Positions 34,341 through 45,691 of a stretch of DNA of 61,554 nucleotides are shown here, one piece after another. The stretch is from an uncultured bacterium (GTDB taxonomy: Bacteria; Latescibacterota; UBA2968; UBA8231), in NCBI GenBank assembly GCA_937942165.1, contig CALDFW010000106.1, positions 1-61,554 of the forward strand, written 5' to 3'. Positions within the stretch are counted from its first letter, which is position 1. Each line of letters begins with the position of its first letter. A model generated the notes under the pieces. It was not told the DNA's origin. It made no database searches and saw nothing but the letters and a program-made list of their open reading frames with translations. A program made the position numbers and the translations under genes.

Positions 34341-34967
34341 TTAGACGCGAGAATAAAACTCGATAACTAACTGTTCTTCAGCAATAGTCGGAATATCTTC
34401 GCGACTTGGAACTTCCACAACGGATCCCTGCAGGTTAACCTTGTCTACAGAAAGCCATGGAACCGTATCCCTCGATCTGCGAAGAGACTCATGAATCGAT
34501 TCCATCTGCCTACTTGACTCGGCCACAGAAATGGCATCACCAACCCTTGTTAAGCAGGAAGGAATATTGACCCTGCGTCCATTAACAAGAATGTGATTGT
34601 GACGCACAAGTTGGCGAGCGGCTTTTCTCGAAGGTGCAAAACCCAGACGATAAATCACATTATCCAAGCGGCTCTCTAATAGACGCAGAAGGTTTTCACC
34701 ACTCACACCAGGCACGCGAGTCGACTCTTTATAGTATCCGCGGAACTGCCCTTCTCGAACTCCATAGAGACGAGAAAGCTTCTGTTTAGCACGTAACTGT
34801 ACGCTGTAGTCCGACTGCTTACGACGAAGGCCCTGACCGTGCTGCCCCGGCGCATAACTGCGACGCTCAAAGGAGCACTTCTCCAAATTGCATCGCTCGC
34901 CCTTCAAGAAAAGCTTGGCCCCTTCACGTCTACAATAGCGGCAGTTAGGTCCGACATATCTACTCAT
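34341..34967 (-). CDS. rpsD: 30S ribosomal protein S4
   Basis: 208 aa, MSRYVGPNCRYCRREGAKLFLKGERC... Confidence 0.95.
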   Translation of the reverse strand: MSRYVGPNCRYCRREGAKLFLKGERCNLEKCSFERRSYAPGQHGQGLRRKQSDYSVQLRAKQKLSRLYGVREGQFRGYYKESTRVPGVSGENLLRLLESRLDNVIYRLGFAPSRKAARQLVRHNHILVNGRRVNIPSCLTRVGDAISVAESSRQMESIHESLRRSRDTVPWLSVDKVNLQGSVVEVPSREDIPTIAEEQLVIEFYSRV

Positions 34968-34979
34968 TGCAATTCTCCT

Positions 34980-35369
34980 CTATACCCGGCGACGCTTGGG
35001 CGGACGACAGCCATTATGGGGAATGGGTGTCACATCGCGAATAGCCGAAATTTCCAAGCCTGCATTTTGCAATGCACGAATCGCGGATTCACGCCCAACT
35101 CCGGGACCTTTAACCCAAACCTCAACGCGACGTAACCCCATGCTCATGGCCTCTTGCGCGGCCTTTTCAGCAGCAATCTGACCGGCAAATGGGGTCGACT
35201 TCCGACTTCCTTTAATGCTCATCTTACCGGGGGTCGACCAAGAGATTACGTTACCTTCTGAATCGGTTAACGTTATAATCGTATTGTTGAAGGTAGCCAG
35301 AATATGGGCTACGCCCACAGACTCTACCTGTTTTGACTTCTTGCGTCTTCTACGTCTTTCAGGTGGCAA
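34980..35369 (-). CDS. rpsK: 30S ribosomal protein S11
   Basis: 129 aa, ...[27 protein letters not shown]... Confidence 0.95.
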   Translation of the reverse strand: MPPERRRRRKKSKQVESVGVAHILATFNNTIITLTDSEGNVISWSTPGKMSIKGSRKSTPFAGQIAAEKAAQEAMSMGLRRVEVWVKGPGVGRESAIRALQNAGLEISAIRDVTPIPHNGCRPPKRRRV

Positions 35370-35395
35370 ATGCGTTATCCTCGTTATTAACTGTT

Positions 35396-35773
35396 TTATC
35401 TAGGCGCTTTTTTCTTACCAGCAATTGCGCGACGGGGCCCCTTTCGAGTGCGGGCGTTCGTTTTGGTCCGCTGTCCATTGGCCGGCAGACCGCGACGATG
35501 CCTGAGTCCCTTGTAACTTCCAATATCCATCAGGCGTTTAACATTCATTGTAACTTCACCGCGCAAACTACCTTCGACCTTATAATTGGTCTCGATAATT
35601 GCACGCAGGCTGTTCACCTGGTCTTCTGTCAAACTGTTAATACGCTGCTGCGGATCAATACTAGCCTGCTCAATGATGCGACTAGCAACGGTCTGACCTA
35701 TACCAAAAATGTAGGTGAGCCCTATCGCAACCCGCTTGTCGCGGGGTAAATCAACGCCTGCAATACGTGCCAA
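35396..35773 (-). CDS. rpsM: 30S ribosomal protein S13
   Basis: 125 aa, [26 protein letters not shown]... Confidence 0.95.
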   Translation of the reverse strand: MARIAGVDLPRDKRVAIGLTYIFGIGQTVASRIIEQASIDPQQRINSLTEDQVNSLRAIIETNYKVEGSLRGEVTMNVKRLMDIGSYKGLRHRRGLPANGQRTKTNARTRKGPRRAIAGKKKAPR

Positions 35774-35785
35774 TTTCTGGCCTCC

Positions 35786-35902
35786 TCATCCTTGTCTCTG
35801 TTTGTGGCGCGGATTACGCTTGCAAATCACGCGCACAACTCCGTGTCGGCGAATGATCTTACAGTCCGGGCAGCGCTTACTAACAGATGCTTTAACTTTC
35901 AC
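35786..35902 (-). CDS. rpmJ: 50S ribosomal protein L36
   Basis: Not in the ORF track (38 aa). My manual minus-strand translation from GTG at 35902 gives (M)[37 protein letters not shown], with the stop TGA at 35788-35786. This is the canonical L36 zinc-ribbon sequence. Confidence 0.9.
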   Translation of the reverse strand: MKVKASVSKRCPDCKIIRRHGVVRVICKRNPRHKQRQG

Positions 35903-35927
35903 AATATTACTCCAACAAAAAGCGGGG

Positions 35928-37265
35928 TTATCCCCGACGTCCTTGAATACGACCCTTTTTCATAAATCCCTCGTAGTGACGCGTCATCAACTGTGATTCA
36001 ATCTGTTGCAACGTGTCCAGGGCAACTCCCACTATGATTAGCAAACCGGTGCCACCGAAAAACTGTGCCATTGAAGGATGAACATTAAACTGGCGAATCA
36101 CAAAAAAGGGAAATATAGCAACAGCTGCGAGAGCAATCGAACCAGGAAGCGTTATTCTCGTCATGATGCCGTCAATATATTGAGCTGTACGCGGTCCAGG
36201 ACGAATTCCCGGTATGAAACCACCGTGTTTCTTCATATTATCCGCAATTGAGTTAGGATCCATTACAATTGCAGTGTAAAAATAGGTGAAGAAGATGATC
36301 ATCAGACCGTAAATGGTCCAGTATACCAATGACTCAGTTGAAAACAGCCCACCAATCCCCTGTAGAAACTCACTATCTGGAAATAGCTGAGTTATGGTAC
36401 CGGGCAAAAACATTATGGACTGGGCAAATATAATTGGAATCACGTTTGCAGAGTTTATTTTCAACGGAATATGTGTCGTCTGACCACCATACACCCTGCG
36501 TCCCACCACGCGCTTGGCATATTGCACCGGGATCTTGCGTATACCCTGAGTCGTGAGAATACAAAAAGCGACGATCAGGAACATGAGTCCAACTAGGAAG
36601 ATCTCCTGAATAAGCCCCTTGTTTAAATTAATGTTATTCAGGTAATGCTGATATTCATAGCGAATCGCGTTGGGCAATTCGGCAATGATACCGATGAAAA
36701 TTATGAGAGATATACCATTGCCAATACCCCGCTCGGTAATCTGCTCACCTAACCACATGATGAAGATGGTGCCCGTAGTGATCGTTATTATCGTCTCTAA
36801 GGTGAAACCCAACCCTGGATCTGGAACTGCAGCCAAACCGGAAGCAGGACCTCGAATAGTCTCAAGAAAATAGCTGACTCCGTATGCCTGCGCAGCGGCG
36901 AGAAAAACCGTCCCATAGCGCGTATACTGAGTAATTTTCTTTTTACCTTCTTCCCCTTCGCGCTGAAGCTTTTGGAAAAAAGGAATGACAGCACCTAATA
37001 ATTGCAAGATAATGGAGGCACTTATATAAGGCATTATACCCAATGCAAAGATGGTAGCCCGGGTAAAAGCACCACCAACAAACATATCGTATAAACCGAA
37101 CAGGGTGTTACCAGAGTTGCTAAAAAATTCTTGGACAACCCTTACTTCTACTCCTGGCACTGTGATCTGCCCACCTATGCGGTAGACAATCAACAAACCC
37201 AGTGTAAATAGAATCCGCGTTCGCAGTTCTGGAATTTTAAAGCAGTTTTGAAAGCTCTGGAGCAT
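35928..37265 (-). CDS. secY: Preprotein translocase subunit SecY
   Basis: 445 aa, polytopic. [18 protein letters not shown] and the position after rplO support the call. Confidence 0.96.
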   Translation of the reverse strand: MLQSFQNCFKIPELRTRILFTLGLLIVYRIGGQITVPGVEVRVVQEFFSNSGNTLFGLYDMFVGGAFTRATIFALGIMPYISASIILQLLGAVIPFFQKLQREGEEGKKKITQYTRYGTVFLAAAQAYGVSYFLETIRGPASGLAAVPDPGLGFTLETIITITTGTIFIMWLGEQITERGIGNGISLIIFIGIIAELPNAIRYEYQHYLNNINLNKGLIQEIFLVGLMFLIVAFCILTTQGIRKIPVQYAKRVVGRRVYGGQTTHIPLKINSANVIPIIFAQSIMFLPGTITQLFPDSEFLQGIGGLFSTESLVYWTIYGLMIIFFTYFYTAIVMDPNSIADNMKKHGGFIPGIRPGPRTAQYIDGIMTRITLPGSIALAAVAIFPFFVIRQFNVHPSMAQFFGGTGLLIIVGVALDTLQQIESQLMTRHYEGFMKKGRIQGRRG

Positions 37266-37272
37266 TGGTTCC

Positions 37273-37722
37273 TCAGATTACCTCGGCTTGACCGCCGGCT
37301 TTTTCGATTTTCTCGCGCGCACTTTTTGAAAAGTGTTGTGCTTTAATCGTAACGCTACGACTCAATTCGCCATCACCAAGAATTTTAATTGGCTGCTTGT
37401 CTGAGCGCACCAATCCGGCCGCGAGTAGCGCATCAACACCAACTTCGCCTTCCAAACCACGCGATTCAATATCAGCGACATTAACAGTCTGATAAACAAC
37501 CCTGAAGTTGTGGTTAGAAAAGCCGACCTTAGGCATATGCCGAAAATAAGCAAGCGTACCACCAATAAAGCCGATACGATTACCCCTTCGCGCTCCTGAA
37601 CGCGCGCGTTGCCCCTTATGCCCTTTACCTGCCGTCTTACCCGTTCCCGAACCTGGCCCTTGTCCCAAACGCTTGCGATTGCGACGTGCCCCTTTCGGAC
37701 ATTTAATTTCCCCTAAGCGCAT
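37273..37722 (-). CDS. rplO: 50S ribosomal protein L15
   Basis: 149 aa, ...GSGTGKTAGKGHKGQRARSG... Confidence 0.95.
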   Translation of the reverse strand: MRLGEIKCPKGARRNRKRLGQGPGSGTGKTAGKGHKGQRARSGARRGNRIGFIGGTLAYFRHMPKVGFSNHNFRVVYQTVNVADIESRGLEGEVGVDALLAAGLVRSDKQPIKILGDGELSRSVTIKAQHFSKSAREKIEKAGGQAEVI

Positions 37723-37739
37723 CCTAGCTAATCTCCTGC

Positions 37740-37922
37740 TTAAGCATCTTGTTCTTGCACATCAACTAGATGCTTGACTTTTTCAATCATGCCGCGAATC
37801 TGCGGCGTATCCTCGTGCACAACCTGCTGGTAGAGGCGCCTAAAACCCAACGCTTCAATTGTGGCCTTCTGATTTTGTGCTCGGCCGATAGCGCTACGAC
37901 GCTGCGTAATAACTAACTTCAT
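37740..37922 (-). CDS. rpmD: 50S ribosomal protein L30
   Basis: 60 aa, [27 protein letters not shown]... Confidence 0.92.
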   Translation of the reverse strand: MKLVITQRRSAIGRAQNQKATIEALGFRRLYQQVVHEDTPQIRGMIEKVKHLVDVQEQDA

Positions 37923-37936
37923 CGACTTATCTTCTC

Positions 37937-38443
37937 CTAACCTCGCAAAACTTCCATGGGTACGCCACGCAAACGCGCGGTTGACTCCGCATCCCGCAAT
38001 TCACTCAATGCAGCAAGCGTCGCCTTTACGGCATTTTGGGGATTAGTCGAACCCAGTGATTTTGTGAGGATATCGTGGACGCCGGCGAGTTCAAGCACTA
38101 TTCGAATCCCGCCACTAGCGATAACACCCGTACCTGGAGATGCCGGCTTAAACAGTATTTGAGCCGCACCAAAACGCCCTTTAATCTCGTGGGGAATCGT
38201 GCCGTTCACCACCGGTACCTGAATCATATTCTTCTTTGCCGCCTCGGTCCCTTTACGAATTGCCTCGGAAATTTCGCCAGCTTTACCAGAGCCAGCACCG
38301 ACGCGCCCGTTGCGGTCACCGACGACTACCATCGCATTGAAACTGAAGCGACGTCCACCCTTGCGCACATGCGACACGCGCTTGATGCTGTTCTGGACTA
38401 CGACTTCGCTAAATTCCATGCTGTTGGGGTCTACTTTCGCCAC
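37937..38443 (-). CDS. rpsE: 30S ribosomal protein S5
   Basis: 168 aa, ...[28 protein letters not shown]... Confidence 0.95.
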   Translation of the reverse strand: MAKVDPNSMEFSEVVVQNSIKRVSHVRKGGRRFSFNAMVVVGDRNGRVGAGSGKAGEISEAIRKGTEAAKKNMIQVPVVNGTIPHEIKGRFGAAQILFKPASPGTGVIASGGIRIVLELAGVHDILTKSLGSTNPQNAVKATLAALSELRDAESTARLRGVPMEVLRG

Positions 38444-38458
38444 AGAAGTAACTCTCCT

Positions 38459-38833
38459 CTAGAAATTCAGCCCGCCCTCGCGAGCACCGTCGGCGACGGC
38501 TTTAACAATACCATGGTACAAATAGCCCCCGCGATCGAAGACTACCTTATCAATACCTTTCTCTTTGGCTTTTCCAGCCACAATCTTCCCAACTTCCGCA
38601 CCCTGCTCTACTCGACTAGCAAAGGAACGGTCCCGCAACTCTTTACTCTGCGTCGAAAAGCCGAACAATGAGTGACCTGCCACGTCGTCAATCAGTTGGA
38701 CTTCAATATGCTTCAGGGACCGATGGACCACCAAGCGAGGGCGATCCGACGTCCCAGAAACAATTTTACGTAGACGATGCCGGCGCCGCTGAATGCGGGC
38801 GCGATTTTTACTCAGATGTTTCTTATCCTTCAT
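38459..38833 (-). CDS. rplR: 50S ribosomal protein L18
   Basis: 124 aa, ...RPRLVVHRSLKHIEVQLIDD... Confidence 0.95.
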   Translation of the reverse strand: MKDKKHLSKNRARIQRRRHRLRKIVSGTSDRPRLVVHRSLKHIEVQLIDDVAGHSLFGFSTQSKELRDRSFASRVEQGAEVGKIVAGKAKEKGIDKVVFDRGGYLYHGIVKAVADGAREGGLNF

Positions 38834-38835
38834 GA

Positions 38836-39393
38836 TTAGCCCGCTGCGGTTTTACCTTGTTTCCAGTGAATGACTTCATTTTCGTAACGGATTCCTTTGC
38901 CCTTGTAGGGTTCGGGCTTACGCTTAAAGCGAATATCTGCGGCAACCTGTCCCACTACCTGTTTATCTATGCCACTCACGGTTATTCGAGCCTGTGAACC
39001 GCTCTCCCCGTTGCCGACCTGAATATTGATTCCTTCCGGCGCGTCATATACAACAGGATGTGAATAGCCCACGTGCAAGGTCAGCTTACTTCCCTGCGCC
39101 TCAGCTCTCCAACCAACGCCAAAGAGATCTAAATTCTTGCTAAACCCTTCACTAACGCCCGCAACTGCATTTGCGATGAGCGTACGCGTTAGCCCATGAA
39201 GAGAACGTGCACCTTTTTCCAGACTATCGCAGGTCACCTGCACGGTGTCACCTTCTAGGTTAACTGCTATGTGATCATCAACAAATGGCACAGTCAGAGT
39301 GCCCTTCGGACCTTTCACTGCGACGTGTGGACCGTCGATCTTAACATCAACGCCCTGCGGCAACGCGATCGGTGTTTTTCCTATGCGAGACAA
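38836..39393 (-). CDS. rplF: 50S ribosomal protein L6
   Basis: 185 aa, MSRIGKTPIALPQGVDVKI... Confidence 0.95.
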   Translation of the reverse strand: MSRIGKTPIALPQGVDVKIDGPHVAVKGPKGTLTVPFVDDHIAVNLEGDTVQVTCDSLEKGARSLHGLTRTLIANAVAGVSEGFSKNLDLFGVGWRAEAQGSKLTLHVGYSHPVVYDAPEGINIQVGNGESGSQARITVSGIDKQVVGQVAADIRFKRKPEPYKGKGIRYENEVIHWKQGKTAAG

Positions 39394-39411
39394 CTTATTT
39401 CTCTCCTCAGT

Positions 39412-39810
39412 CTACCAGACACTACACAAAATCTCGCCGCCGACACCAGCTTTGCGAGCTTCACGATCTGTCATAACGCCTCGCGACGTTGAGACAATGG
39501 CAATACCTAAACCACGACGGACGCGCGGAACATCAGCGTTCCCAGAATATTGGCGCAATCCAGGGCGACTAATACGCTTGATCCCCTGAATCAAACTCTT
39601 GTTGTCACTATCATAACGAAGATAAAGACGCAAAACCCCCTGCTTATCGTCTTCGATAAAAGCGAAGTTATCAATAAAGCGGGTCTCAGCTAGGACACGG
39701 GCAATCTCTCTTTTTAGCTTGGAAGCAGGAACGTCAACGCGCGCATGCTTTGCACTACTTGCGTTGCGCACCCGCGTCAGCATATCTGCAACTGGATCGG
39801 TCATACTCAT
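39412..39810 (-). CDS. rpsH: 30S ribosomal protein S8
   Basis: 132 aa, MSMTDPVADMLTRVRNA... Confidence 0.95.
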   Translation of the reverse strand: MSMTDPVADMLTRVRNASSAKHARVDVPASKLKREIARVLAETRFIDNFAFIEDDKQGVLRLYLRYDSDNKSLIQGIKRISRPGLRQYSGNADVPRVRRGLGIAIVSTSRGVMTDREARKAGVGGEILCSVW

Positions 39811-39822
39811 ATGGCTATCTCC

Positions 39823-40008
39823 CTACCAGCTAGCTTTAGTGACGCCGGGAATTTCACCCCGCAGGGCGAGTTCTCGGAAACAGATACGACAGAGACCAAA
39901 CTTGCGATAATAGGCTCTCGGCCTGCCGCAGCGCTGGCAACGATTATATTTGCGCGAGCTAAACTTAGGAGTGCGACGCGCTTTGGCTATCATAGACTTT
40001 TTAGGCAT
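39823..40008 (-). CDS. rpsZ: 30S ribosomal protein S14, short zinc-binding (type Z) form
   Basis: 61 aa, with [20 protein letters not shown] (CxxC...CxxC). Confidence 0.93.
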   Translation of the reverse strand: MPKKSMIAKARRTPKFSSRKYNRCQRCGRPRAYYRKFGLCRICFRELALRGEIPGVTKASW

Positions 40009-40026
40009 TCACCAATTCTCCCAACA

Positions 40027-40572
40027 TTAATTACCGAAGGGCATACCGAACGACTTCAGCAGTTCGCGCCCCTCTTCATCGGTCTGAGCCGAAGTAACGA
40101 TTGTTATATTCATCCCGCGAATATGATCTATTCTATCGTAATCGATTTCGGGGAATATAATCTGCTCTTTAATTCCCAAATTGTAGTTGCCACGGCCGTC
40201 AAAGCCTTTTGCGGGAACGCCACGAAAGTCTCGCACCTGTGGAAGTGCGAGCGTTATTAGCCTATCGAGAAATTCATACATTCGATTGCCGCGCAAAGTA
40301 ACCATGCAACCAACTGCAACCCCTTCGCGAAGCTTGAAGTTTGAAATGGCCTTCTTAGCACGACGCAATGCAGGCTTTTGCCCTGCAATAGCAGTCATCT
40401 CACTAACCGCATTCTCAAGGGCTTTAGGCTCTCCTACTGACTCGCCGACTCCCATATTGATCACGACTTTGTCGACAGCGGGTACCTGCATGACGTTGCT
40501 GTAAGAAAAACTTTCTACCAGCTGCGACTTGATCTCTTCTCTGTATAATACTTTTAGTCTGGGCTCGCTCAT
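40027..40572 (-). CDS. rplE: 50S ribosomal protein L5
   Basis: 181 aa, ...[19 protein letters not shown]... Confidence 0.95.
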   Translation of the reverse strand: MSEPRLKVLYREEIKSQLVESFSYSNVMQVPAVDKVVINMGVGESVGEPKALENAVSEMTAIAGQKPALRRAKKAISNFKLREGVAVGCMVTLRGNRMYEFLDRLITLALPQVRDFRGVPAKGFDGRGNYNLGIKEQIIFPEIDYDRIDHIRGMNITIVTSAQTDEEGRELLKSFGMPFGN

Positions 40573-40583
40573 GACAGCTCTTT

Positions 40584-40901
40584 CTACTGCGAGTCAATCA
40601 TCTCGCCACTCCGGGCAGAGACGCGTACGTTTTTACCATTATCGAGCTTCTTATGACGAATCCGCGTAGGCTGATCAGTCTTGGGACACACAACCATAAC
40701 GTTAGAGAGATGAATCGGCGCCTCCCGTTCGATAATTCCACCTTGGGGATCTCTCGAAGAGGGACGTGAATGATGCTTCCGCATATTAACGCCCTCAACA
40801 ATGACCCTACTCTTTTCTTTCATTACGGCTAAGACGGTTGAGCGACGACCCTTATCGTTACCGCTAACAACCTGCACCGTATCCCCTTTTTTAATATCCA
40901 T
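40584..40901 (-). CDS. rplX: 50S ribosomal protein L24
   Basis: 105 aa, KOW motif [19 protein letters not shown]. Confidence 0.95.
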   Translation of the reverse strand: MDIKKGDTVQVVSGNDKGRRSTVLAVMKEKSRVIVEGVNMRKHHSRPSSRDPQGGIIEREAPIHLSNVMVVCPKTDQPTRIRHKKLDNGKNVRVSARSGEMIDSQ

Positions 40902-40929
40902 TCGTATCCTCTATTCCCGTTGGCACAGT

Positions 40930-41298
40930 TCAGACAACTTCCGGTGCGAGCGAGACAATGCGCATATATTGTTTGTCGCGCAGTTCCCTAGCAACCGGAC
41001 CGAAAATGCGGGTGCCCCGCGGCTCTTTTTCGTCGTTTATTAAAACAGCTGCGTTCTCATCAAAACGGATGTAGGACCCATCAGGACGACGGTACTCTTT
41101 CTTTGTCCGGACTACGACTGCTTTAGCCACTTGGCCCTCTTGCAGAGGACCGTTAGGGATCACATTGTGTACTGCAACCACAATGATATCGCCAACTGAA
41201 GCATAACGCTTGCGAGTTCCACCCAGTACTCGGATGCATTTCGCGGTGCGTGCCCCAGCATTATCTGCCATCTTTAGTATCGTGTATTCGTGTATCAT
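40930..41298 (-). CDS. rplN: 50S ribosomal protein L14
   Basis: 122 aa, [17 protein letters not shown]... Confidence 0.95.
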   Translation of the reverse strand: MIHEYTILKMADNAGARTAKCIRVLGGTRKRYASVGDIIVVAVHNVIPNGPLQEGQVAKAVVVRTKKEYRRPDGSYIRFDENAAVLINDEKEPRGTRIFGPVARELRDKQYMRIVSLAPEVV

Positions 41299-41568
41299 TT
41301 AATCCTGATCCGCGTTCCGCTCCATGATTTCAATCAGACGCCAACGCTTGGTCCGACTCATGGGACGACATTCTTCAATACGAACTAAATCTCCAACGTT
41401 CGACTCATTTTTCTCGTCGTGGGCGACAAATTTAGCCGTGCGACGAATGACGCGACCGTATAATGGGTGAGCAATACGCTGCTCAACCGCAATCACACGC
41501 GTCTTGAGGTTATTAGCTCTTAAAACCCGCCCCTCTGCGGTGCGGCGCTCTACTGTTTTATCGGACAT
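41299..41568 (-). CDS. rpsQ: 30S ribosomal protein S17
   Basis: 89 aa, ...[31 protein letters not shown]... Confidence 0.94.
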   Translation of the reverse strand: MSDKTVERRTAEGRVLRANNLKTRVIAVEQRIAHPLYGRVIRRTAKFVAHDEKNESNVGDLVRIEECRPMSRTKRWRLIEIMERNADQD

Positions 41569-41571
41569 TGC

Positions 41572-41790
41572 TTACGACTCTCCCCCGGGCAGGCTTTGCT
41601 GCTGTAAATCGCGCTCGCGCATCAGCGTACGCACACGCGCAATATCGCGTCGAACCTGACGCAGACGTATAGGGCTGGTCAACTGGCCGGAGACGTGCTG
41701 AAAGCGCAGATTGAACGCTTCTTCCTCAAGCTCTTCCAGTTTATTCTTTGCATCTTCCGCGTTTAAGCCACGCAGTTCGCTAGCCTTCAT
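41572..41790 (-). CDS. rpmC: 50S ribosomal protein L29
   Basis: 72 aa, MKASELRGLNAEDAKNKLEELEEEAFNLRFQ... Confidence 0.93.
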   Translation of the reverse strand: MKASELRGLNAEDAKNKLEELEEEAFNLRFQHVSGQLTSPIRLRQVRRDIARVRTLMRERDLQQQSLPGGES

Positions 41791-41792
41791 AA

Positions 41793-42203
41793 CTATACCA
41801 CTCGCTCTACGAATTTGGTTTTAATGGGCAACTTATGGCCCGCTTTTCGGAAGGCTTCCTTTGCCAATTCAACTGGCACACCAGAAAGCTCAAACATCAC
41901 GCGACCAGGCTTCACTACAGCGACCCAACCTTCGGGTGAACCCTTACCTTTACCCATTCGCGTTTCGGCCGGCTTTTTTGTAATTGGCTTGTCGGGAAAA
42001 ACGCGGATCCACATCTTCCCAGTTCTACTCATCGTTCTACTAATCGTGACGCGAACAGCCTCAATTTGCCGGCTTGTAATCCATCCCGGCTCAAGTGCCT
42101 TCAAGCCATACTCGCCAAAGGAAACCATGTCGCCCCCCTTGGTCTGGCCGCGCATGCGGCCCCGAGACTGCTTTCTCCATTTTGCTTTTTTGGGCATTAA
42201 CAT
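41793..42203 (-). CDS. rplP: 50S ribosomal protein L16
   Basis: 136 aa, [19 protein letters not shown]... Confidence 0.95.
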   Translation of the reverse strand: MLMPKKAKWRKQSRGRMRGQTKGGDMVSFGEYGLKALEPGWITSRQIEAVRVTISRTMSRTGKMWIRVFPDKPITKKPAETRMGKGKGSPEGWVAVVKPGRVMFELSGVPVELAKEAFRKAGHKLPIKTKFVERVV

Positions 42204-42227
42204 GGTAAAACGTCCTCTTGATTCTAT

Positions 42228-42881
42228 CTATGCCTGATTACTGGATCCCGTATCTGCCACAACCTCACCATGGCAGATCCACACTTTTACACCAACCGTC
42301 CCCGAAACAGTGTAGGCGGTCGACTGAGCATAATCGATATCAGCGCGCAACGTGTGCAGTGGAACACGCCCGGCCGGTTCAGACCGCTCACGACGTCCCA
42401 TTTCGGATCCACCAATACGACCTGAGCAGGCAATGCGTATGCCTTCTGCACCCATCCGCATAGAGGAAGCAACCGACTTTTTCATGGCACGGCGAAACGA
42501 AACACGCTGTTCCAACTGGCGCGCCAAATTGTCGGCGACTAATTGCGCATCTAGCTCTGGTTTCTTCACTTCTTGGATATTAAGGGAAACATCCTTACCT
42601 GTGAGTTGCTTTAACTCATCGCGCAGTTTATCGACCTCGGCCCCGCGACGGCCGATGGCGATACCAGGACGAGCTGTGTGCACCTCAACGGTGACTCGCT
42701 TCGGCTGCCGCTCGATATTGATCCGAGAAACCCCTGCGCGTAGGAGACGCTGCTTGACATATCGACGCAGCATCTGATCTTCATTCAAAAGTTCGGCAAA
42801 GTCTTTTTCGGCAAACCAGTTGGATCGCCAACCCTTGATGACACCAAGCCGAAAGCCGTATGGGTGTGTTTTCTGTCCCAA
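42228..42881 (-). CDS. rpsC: 30S ribosomal protein S3
   Basis: 217 aa, [24 protein letters not shown]... Confidence 0.95.
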   Translation of the reverse strand: MGQKTHPYGFRLGVIKGWRSNWFAEKDFAELLNEDQMLRRYVKQRLLRAGVSRINIERQPKRVTVEVHTARPGIAIGRRGAEVDKLRDELKQLTGKDVSLNIQEVKKPELDAQLVADNLARQLEQRVSFRRAMKKSVASSMRMGAEGIRIACSGRIGGSEMGRRERSEPAGRVPLHTLRADIDYAQSTAYTVSGTVGVKVWICHGEVVADTGSSNQA

Positions 42882-42892
42882 AAAGAGTTCCC

Positions 42893-43240
42893 TCAGTTGA
42901 CCTGGTCGCTGACGACCACGGTAAGATGACAGTGACGTTTGCGAATGCGATCCGCTGACCCACGAGCGCGGGGGCGAATGCGCTTGAGATCTCGACCCTC
43001 ATTGGCATAAATAGCCTTGACGTAGAGATCTTCAGCATCCACTGGATTTTCTTCGTCTTGATTGATCCCGTTAGAAATGGCAGATCGAAGCGTTTTCTCG
43101 ACTTCACGAGCAACCGGACGGGGAGAGAAGCGCAGAATGGTCAGTGCTTCTTCAACGGGCTTGCCTCGCACCAGATCAATCAACTGGCGCATCTTGGTAG
43201 CAGGTATGCCAACTTGTTTCAATATTGCTCTTGCTTCCAT
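42893..43240 (-). CDS. rplV: 50S ribosomal protein L22
   Basis: 115 aa, [27 protein letters not shown]... Confidence 0.95.
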   Translation of the reverse strand: MEARAILKQVGIPATKMRQLIDLVRGKPVEEALTILRFSPRPVAREVEKTLRSAISNGINQDEENPVDAEDLYVKAIYANEGRDLKRIRPRARGSADRIRKRHCHLTVVVSDQVN

Positions 43241-43260
43241 AGCTATTATACCTGATCCCT

Positions 43261-43548
43261 TTAGCGCACTCGGCTGCCACGTTCCGTGAGTTTCCCACCG
43301 TGTCCGCGAAACGTGCGAGTCGGTGCGAACTCACCAAGTTTGTGGCCAACCATATTCTCGGTCACATAAACCGGAATGAACTTGTTGCCATTGTGTACGG
43401 CCAATGTATGACCAACGAAATCTGGAGTAATCGTAGAGCGGCGAGACCAAGTCTTTACCACCTTCTTACTGCCTGTGCGATTAAGCTCCTCTACTTTTTT
43501 CTCCAGATGGGCATCAATGAATGGGCCCTTTTTTACAGACCTTGGCAT
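43261..43548 (-). CDS. rpsS: 30S ribosomal protein S19
   Basis: 95 aa, [19 protein letters not shown]... Confidence 0.95.
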   Translation of the reverse strand: MPRSVKKGPFIDAHLEKKVEELNRTGSKKVVKTWSRRSTITPDFVGHTLAVHNGNKFIPVYVTENMVGHKLGEFAPTRTFRGHGGKLTERGSRVR

Positions 43549-43565
43549 CTATCAGCTCACTCCTT

Positions 43566-44402
43566 CTACTTCGAATTACGCCGACGCAAAATCATAGCGT
43601 CAGAGCGGTTCTTGTGCTTACGCGTTTTATACCCCTTCGTGGGCTTGCCCCAAGGAGTAACCGGATGACGGCCACCCGAGGTTTTACCTTCTCCACCGCC
43701 GTGAGGATGATCTACAGGGTTCATCACTACGCCACGGACCTTTGGACGACGTCCCAACCAACGAGCGCGTCCGGCTTTGCCCAACACGACGTTGCCATGC
43801 TCGACATTCCCAACTTGACCCAAGGTCGCCATACACTGAACGGCTACTTCCCTTATTTCACCCGAAGGAAGACGCAGTTGAGCACGACCATTTTCACCAC
43901 GACCTAGCAGCTGCACTTCAGCTCCCGCACTACGCGCGAGTTGACCGCCGGCGCCAGGCTGCAGCTCGACATTGTGTATGGTGGAACCAAGCGGAACGTT
44001 CGATAGAGGCATCGCGTTACCCACGCTGATAGGAGCATCTGGTCCAGCAACCACGGCAGCGCCGACAGTGAGTCCGGCTGGAGCTAAGATGTATCTCTTA
44101 TCACCATCTGCGTAAACGATCAACGCTATGAATGATGAGCGGTTGGGATCGTATTCGACCGATGCAACTTTGCCAGGAACACCTAGCTTGTTTCGCTTGA
44201 AGTCAATAACGCGATAGCGGCGCTTATGACCACCGCCACGGCGGCGCATTGTCATTCTTCCCTGATTGTTACGCCCACCGGTTTTGCTAACCGCGCCGCG
44301 CAACAGGGCCTTTTGTGGCTTGTCTACGCTGACTTCGTCAAAAGAATTAACGGTCTTATACCGGAGTGTTGGCGTTACGGGACGAAACTTCTTAACTGGC
44401 AT
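43566..44402 (-). CDS. rplB: 50S ribosomal protein L2
   Basis: 278 aa, [15 protein letters not shown]... and ...[21 protein letters not shown]... Confidence 0.96.
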   Translation of the reverse strand: MPVKKFRPVTPTLRYKTVNSFDEVSVDKPQKALLRGAVSKTGGRNNQGRMTMRRRGGGHKRRYRVIDFKRNKLGVPGKVASVEYDPNRSSFIALIVYADGDKRYILAPAGLTVGAAVVAGPDAPISVGNAMPLSNVPLGSTIHNVELQPGAGGQLARSAGAEVQLLGRGENGRAQLRLPSGEIREVAVQCMATLGQVGNVEHGNVVLGKAGRARWLGRRPKVRGVVMNPVDHPHGGGEGKTSGGRHPVTPWGKPTKGYKTRKHKNRSDAMILRRRNSK

Positions 44403-44414
44403 AATTAAATCAAC

Positions 44415-44702
44415 CTATACGTTTTCAACGATGTCAATCGAGTCACCAGCCTGGAGCGTCACGTAGGCTTTCTTCCATCCTGCACGACGCCCGGCATAGA
44501 GACCTTGTCTCTTTGGTTTGCTCGGCACTTTAATTGTCCGAACCGACTCTACCTTTACATCGAAAATGCTTTCGATAGCTTGCCGAATCTGCACCTTATT
44601 GGCCTTGGGATCGACGCGAAAGGCGTACTTATTACCTTCTCGCAATATAGTGGCCTTCTCAGTGATGACCGGTTTCTGTATGATTGAGCGAGGGTTGCTC
44701 AC
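44415..44702 (-). CDS. rplW: 50S ribosomal protein L23
   Basis: 95 aa, ...IIQKPVITEKATILREGNKYAFRVDPKANKVQI... Confidence 0.94.
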   Translation of the reverse strand: MSNPRSIIQKPVITEKATILREGNKYAFRVDPKANKVQIRQAIESIFDVKVESVRTIKVPSKPKRQGLYAGRRAGWKKAYVTLQAGDSIDIVENV

Positions 44703-44713
44703 GGTAACTTCTC

Positions 44714-45361
44714 CTAAGCCTCTTCCGAGGCGTGGTGCTCTACGAGCTTGTCCAACGCCTGACGGGTGAAAAGGACGACGTCGGCTGCGATAACATCATA
44801 TGTGCCCAAAGAACCGACGTGCGTCATGCTAACCTGCCGGATGTTACGACTGGATTTGACCAGCACATTTTCATTTTCGGGCGTTATGAACAATACCTTT
44901 TGACCATCAAGGCCGCAGGCATTTATAACACCCTTGAATGATTTCGTGCTCGGCTGCTCAAAATCAAAGTCGTCTACTACTCTGACCCGCCCGTCGCTGC
45001 CCTTAAGCGTCAAAGCAGAACGAAAAGCCAGACGTTTTAATGCCTTAGGCAGTTTGGAATAGTACGAACGTGGCTCCGGTCCAAAAGCAACACCGCCGCC
45101 TCTCACGAGTGGGGACCGATTAGATCCTCGACGCGCTCCGCCAGTGCCCTTTTGACGATGGTGTTTCTTGCTCGTCCGAGCAATCTCAGACCGCGTCTTA
45201 ACCTTTGCCGTTCCCTGCCGCTGGTTTGCCTCATATGTCACAACCGCGCGGTAAAGGGCATATTCGGAAACTTCGGCGGCGAACAAGTCGTCCGGTAAAT
45301 CTACCATACCGTTCGGCTTGCCTTCCATCGTGAGAATTTCTACCTGTGTACCCATGCCCAT
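44714..45361 (-). CDS. rplD: 50S ribosomal protein L4
   Basis: ...ANQRQGTAKVKTRSEIARTSKKHHRQKGTGGARRGSNRSPLVRGGGVAFGP... is unmistakably L4. I place the start at ATG 45361, which overlaps the rpsJ stop as TGATG. The ORF-track start at 45364 is a TTG. Confidence 0.94.
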   Translation of the reverse strand: MGMGTQVEILTMEGKPNGMVDLPDDLFAAEVSEYALYRAVVTYEANQRQGTAKVKTRSEIARTSKKHHRQKGTGGARRGSNRSPLVRGGGVAFGPEPRSYYSKLPKALKRLAFRSALTLKGSDGRVRVVDDFDFEQPSTKSFKGVINACGLDGQKVLFITPENENVLVKSSRNIRQVSMTHVGSLGTYDVIAADVVLFTRQALDKLVEHHASEEA

Positions 45362-45669
45362 CAAACCTTAATATCTATGCCAATACCAGCCGGCAAATCC
45401 AACTTCATGAGCGCATCCACTGTCTGTGGCGTCGAATCATAAATATCAATCAGACGCTTATGGACACGCGTTTCGAACTGTTCGCGCGATTTTTTGTCAA
45501 CGTGAGGCGAACGCAACACGGTGTATATACTGCGCGAGGTCGGCAGCGGCACGGGACCCGCAATACGGGCCCCGCTACGCTTAACCGTCTGCACTATTTC
45601 ATCCACGGATCTGTCTAAAGCTGCATGATCATATGCCTTTAGACGAATGCGAATTCTATCAACAGCCAC
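45361..45669 (-). CDS. rpsJ: 30S ribosomal protein S10
   Basis: 102 aa, ...[21 protein letters not shown]... Confidence 0.95.
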   Translation of the reverse strand: MAVDRIRIRLKAYDHAALDRSVDEIVQTVKRSGARIAGPVPLPTSRSIYTVLRSPHVDKKSREQFETRVHKRLIDIYDSTPQTVDALMKLDLPAGIGIDIKV

Positions 45670-45691
45670 TTGGCGTGTCTCCCAGAGTTAA

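Noticed and set aside
38075-38671. Long antisense ORFs inside conserved genes. Examples: 38075-38671 (198 aa) opposite rpsE/rplR, 49375-49923 opposite rpsG/rpsL, 39745-40260 opposite rpsH/rpsZ/rplE, 42781-43113 overlapping rpsC/rplV, 13885-14388 and 26990-27493 opposite the GldG fusion and lon, and 30947-31504 opposite the orphan ORF
   Set aside because: All lie entirely within, or mostly opposite, much longer ORFs with unmistakable homology or better coding continuity. Their translations are low-complexity or Arg/Ser/Pro-rich, as expected for antisense frames.
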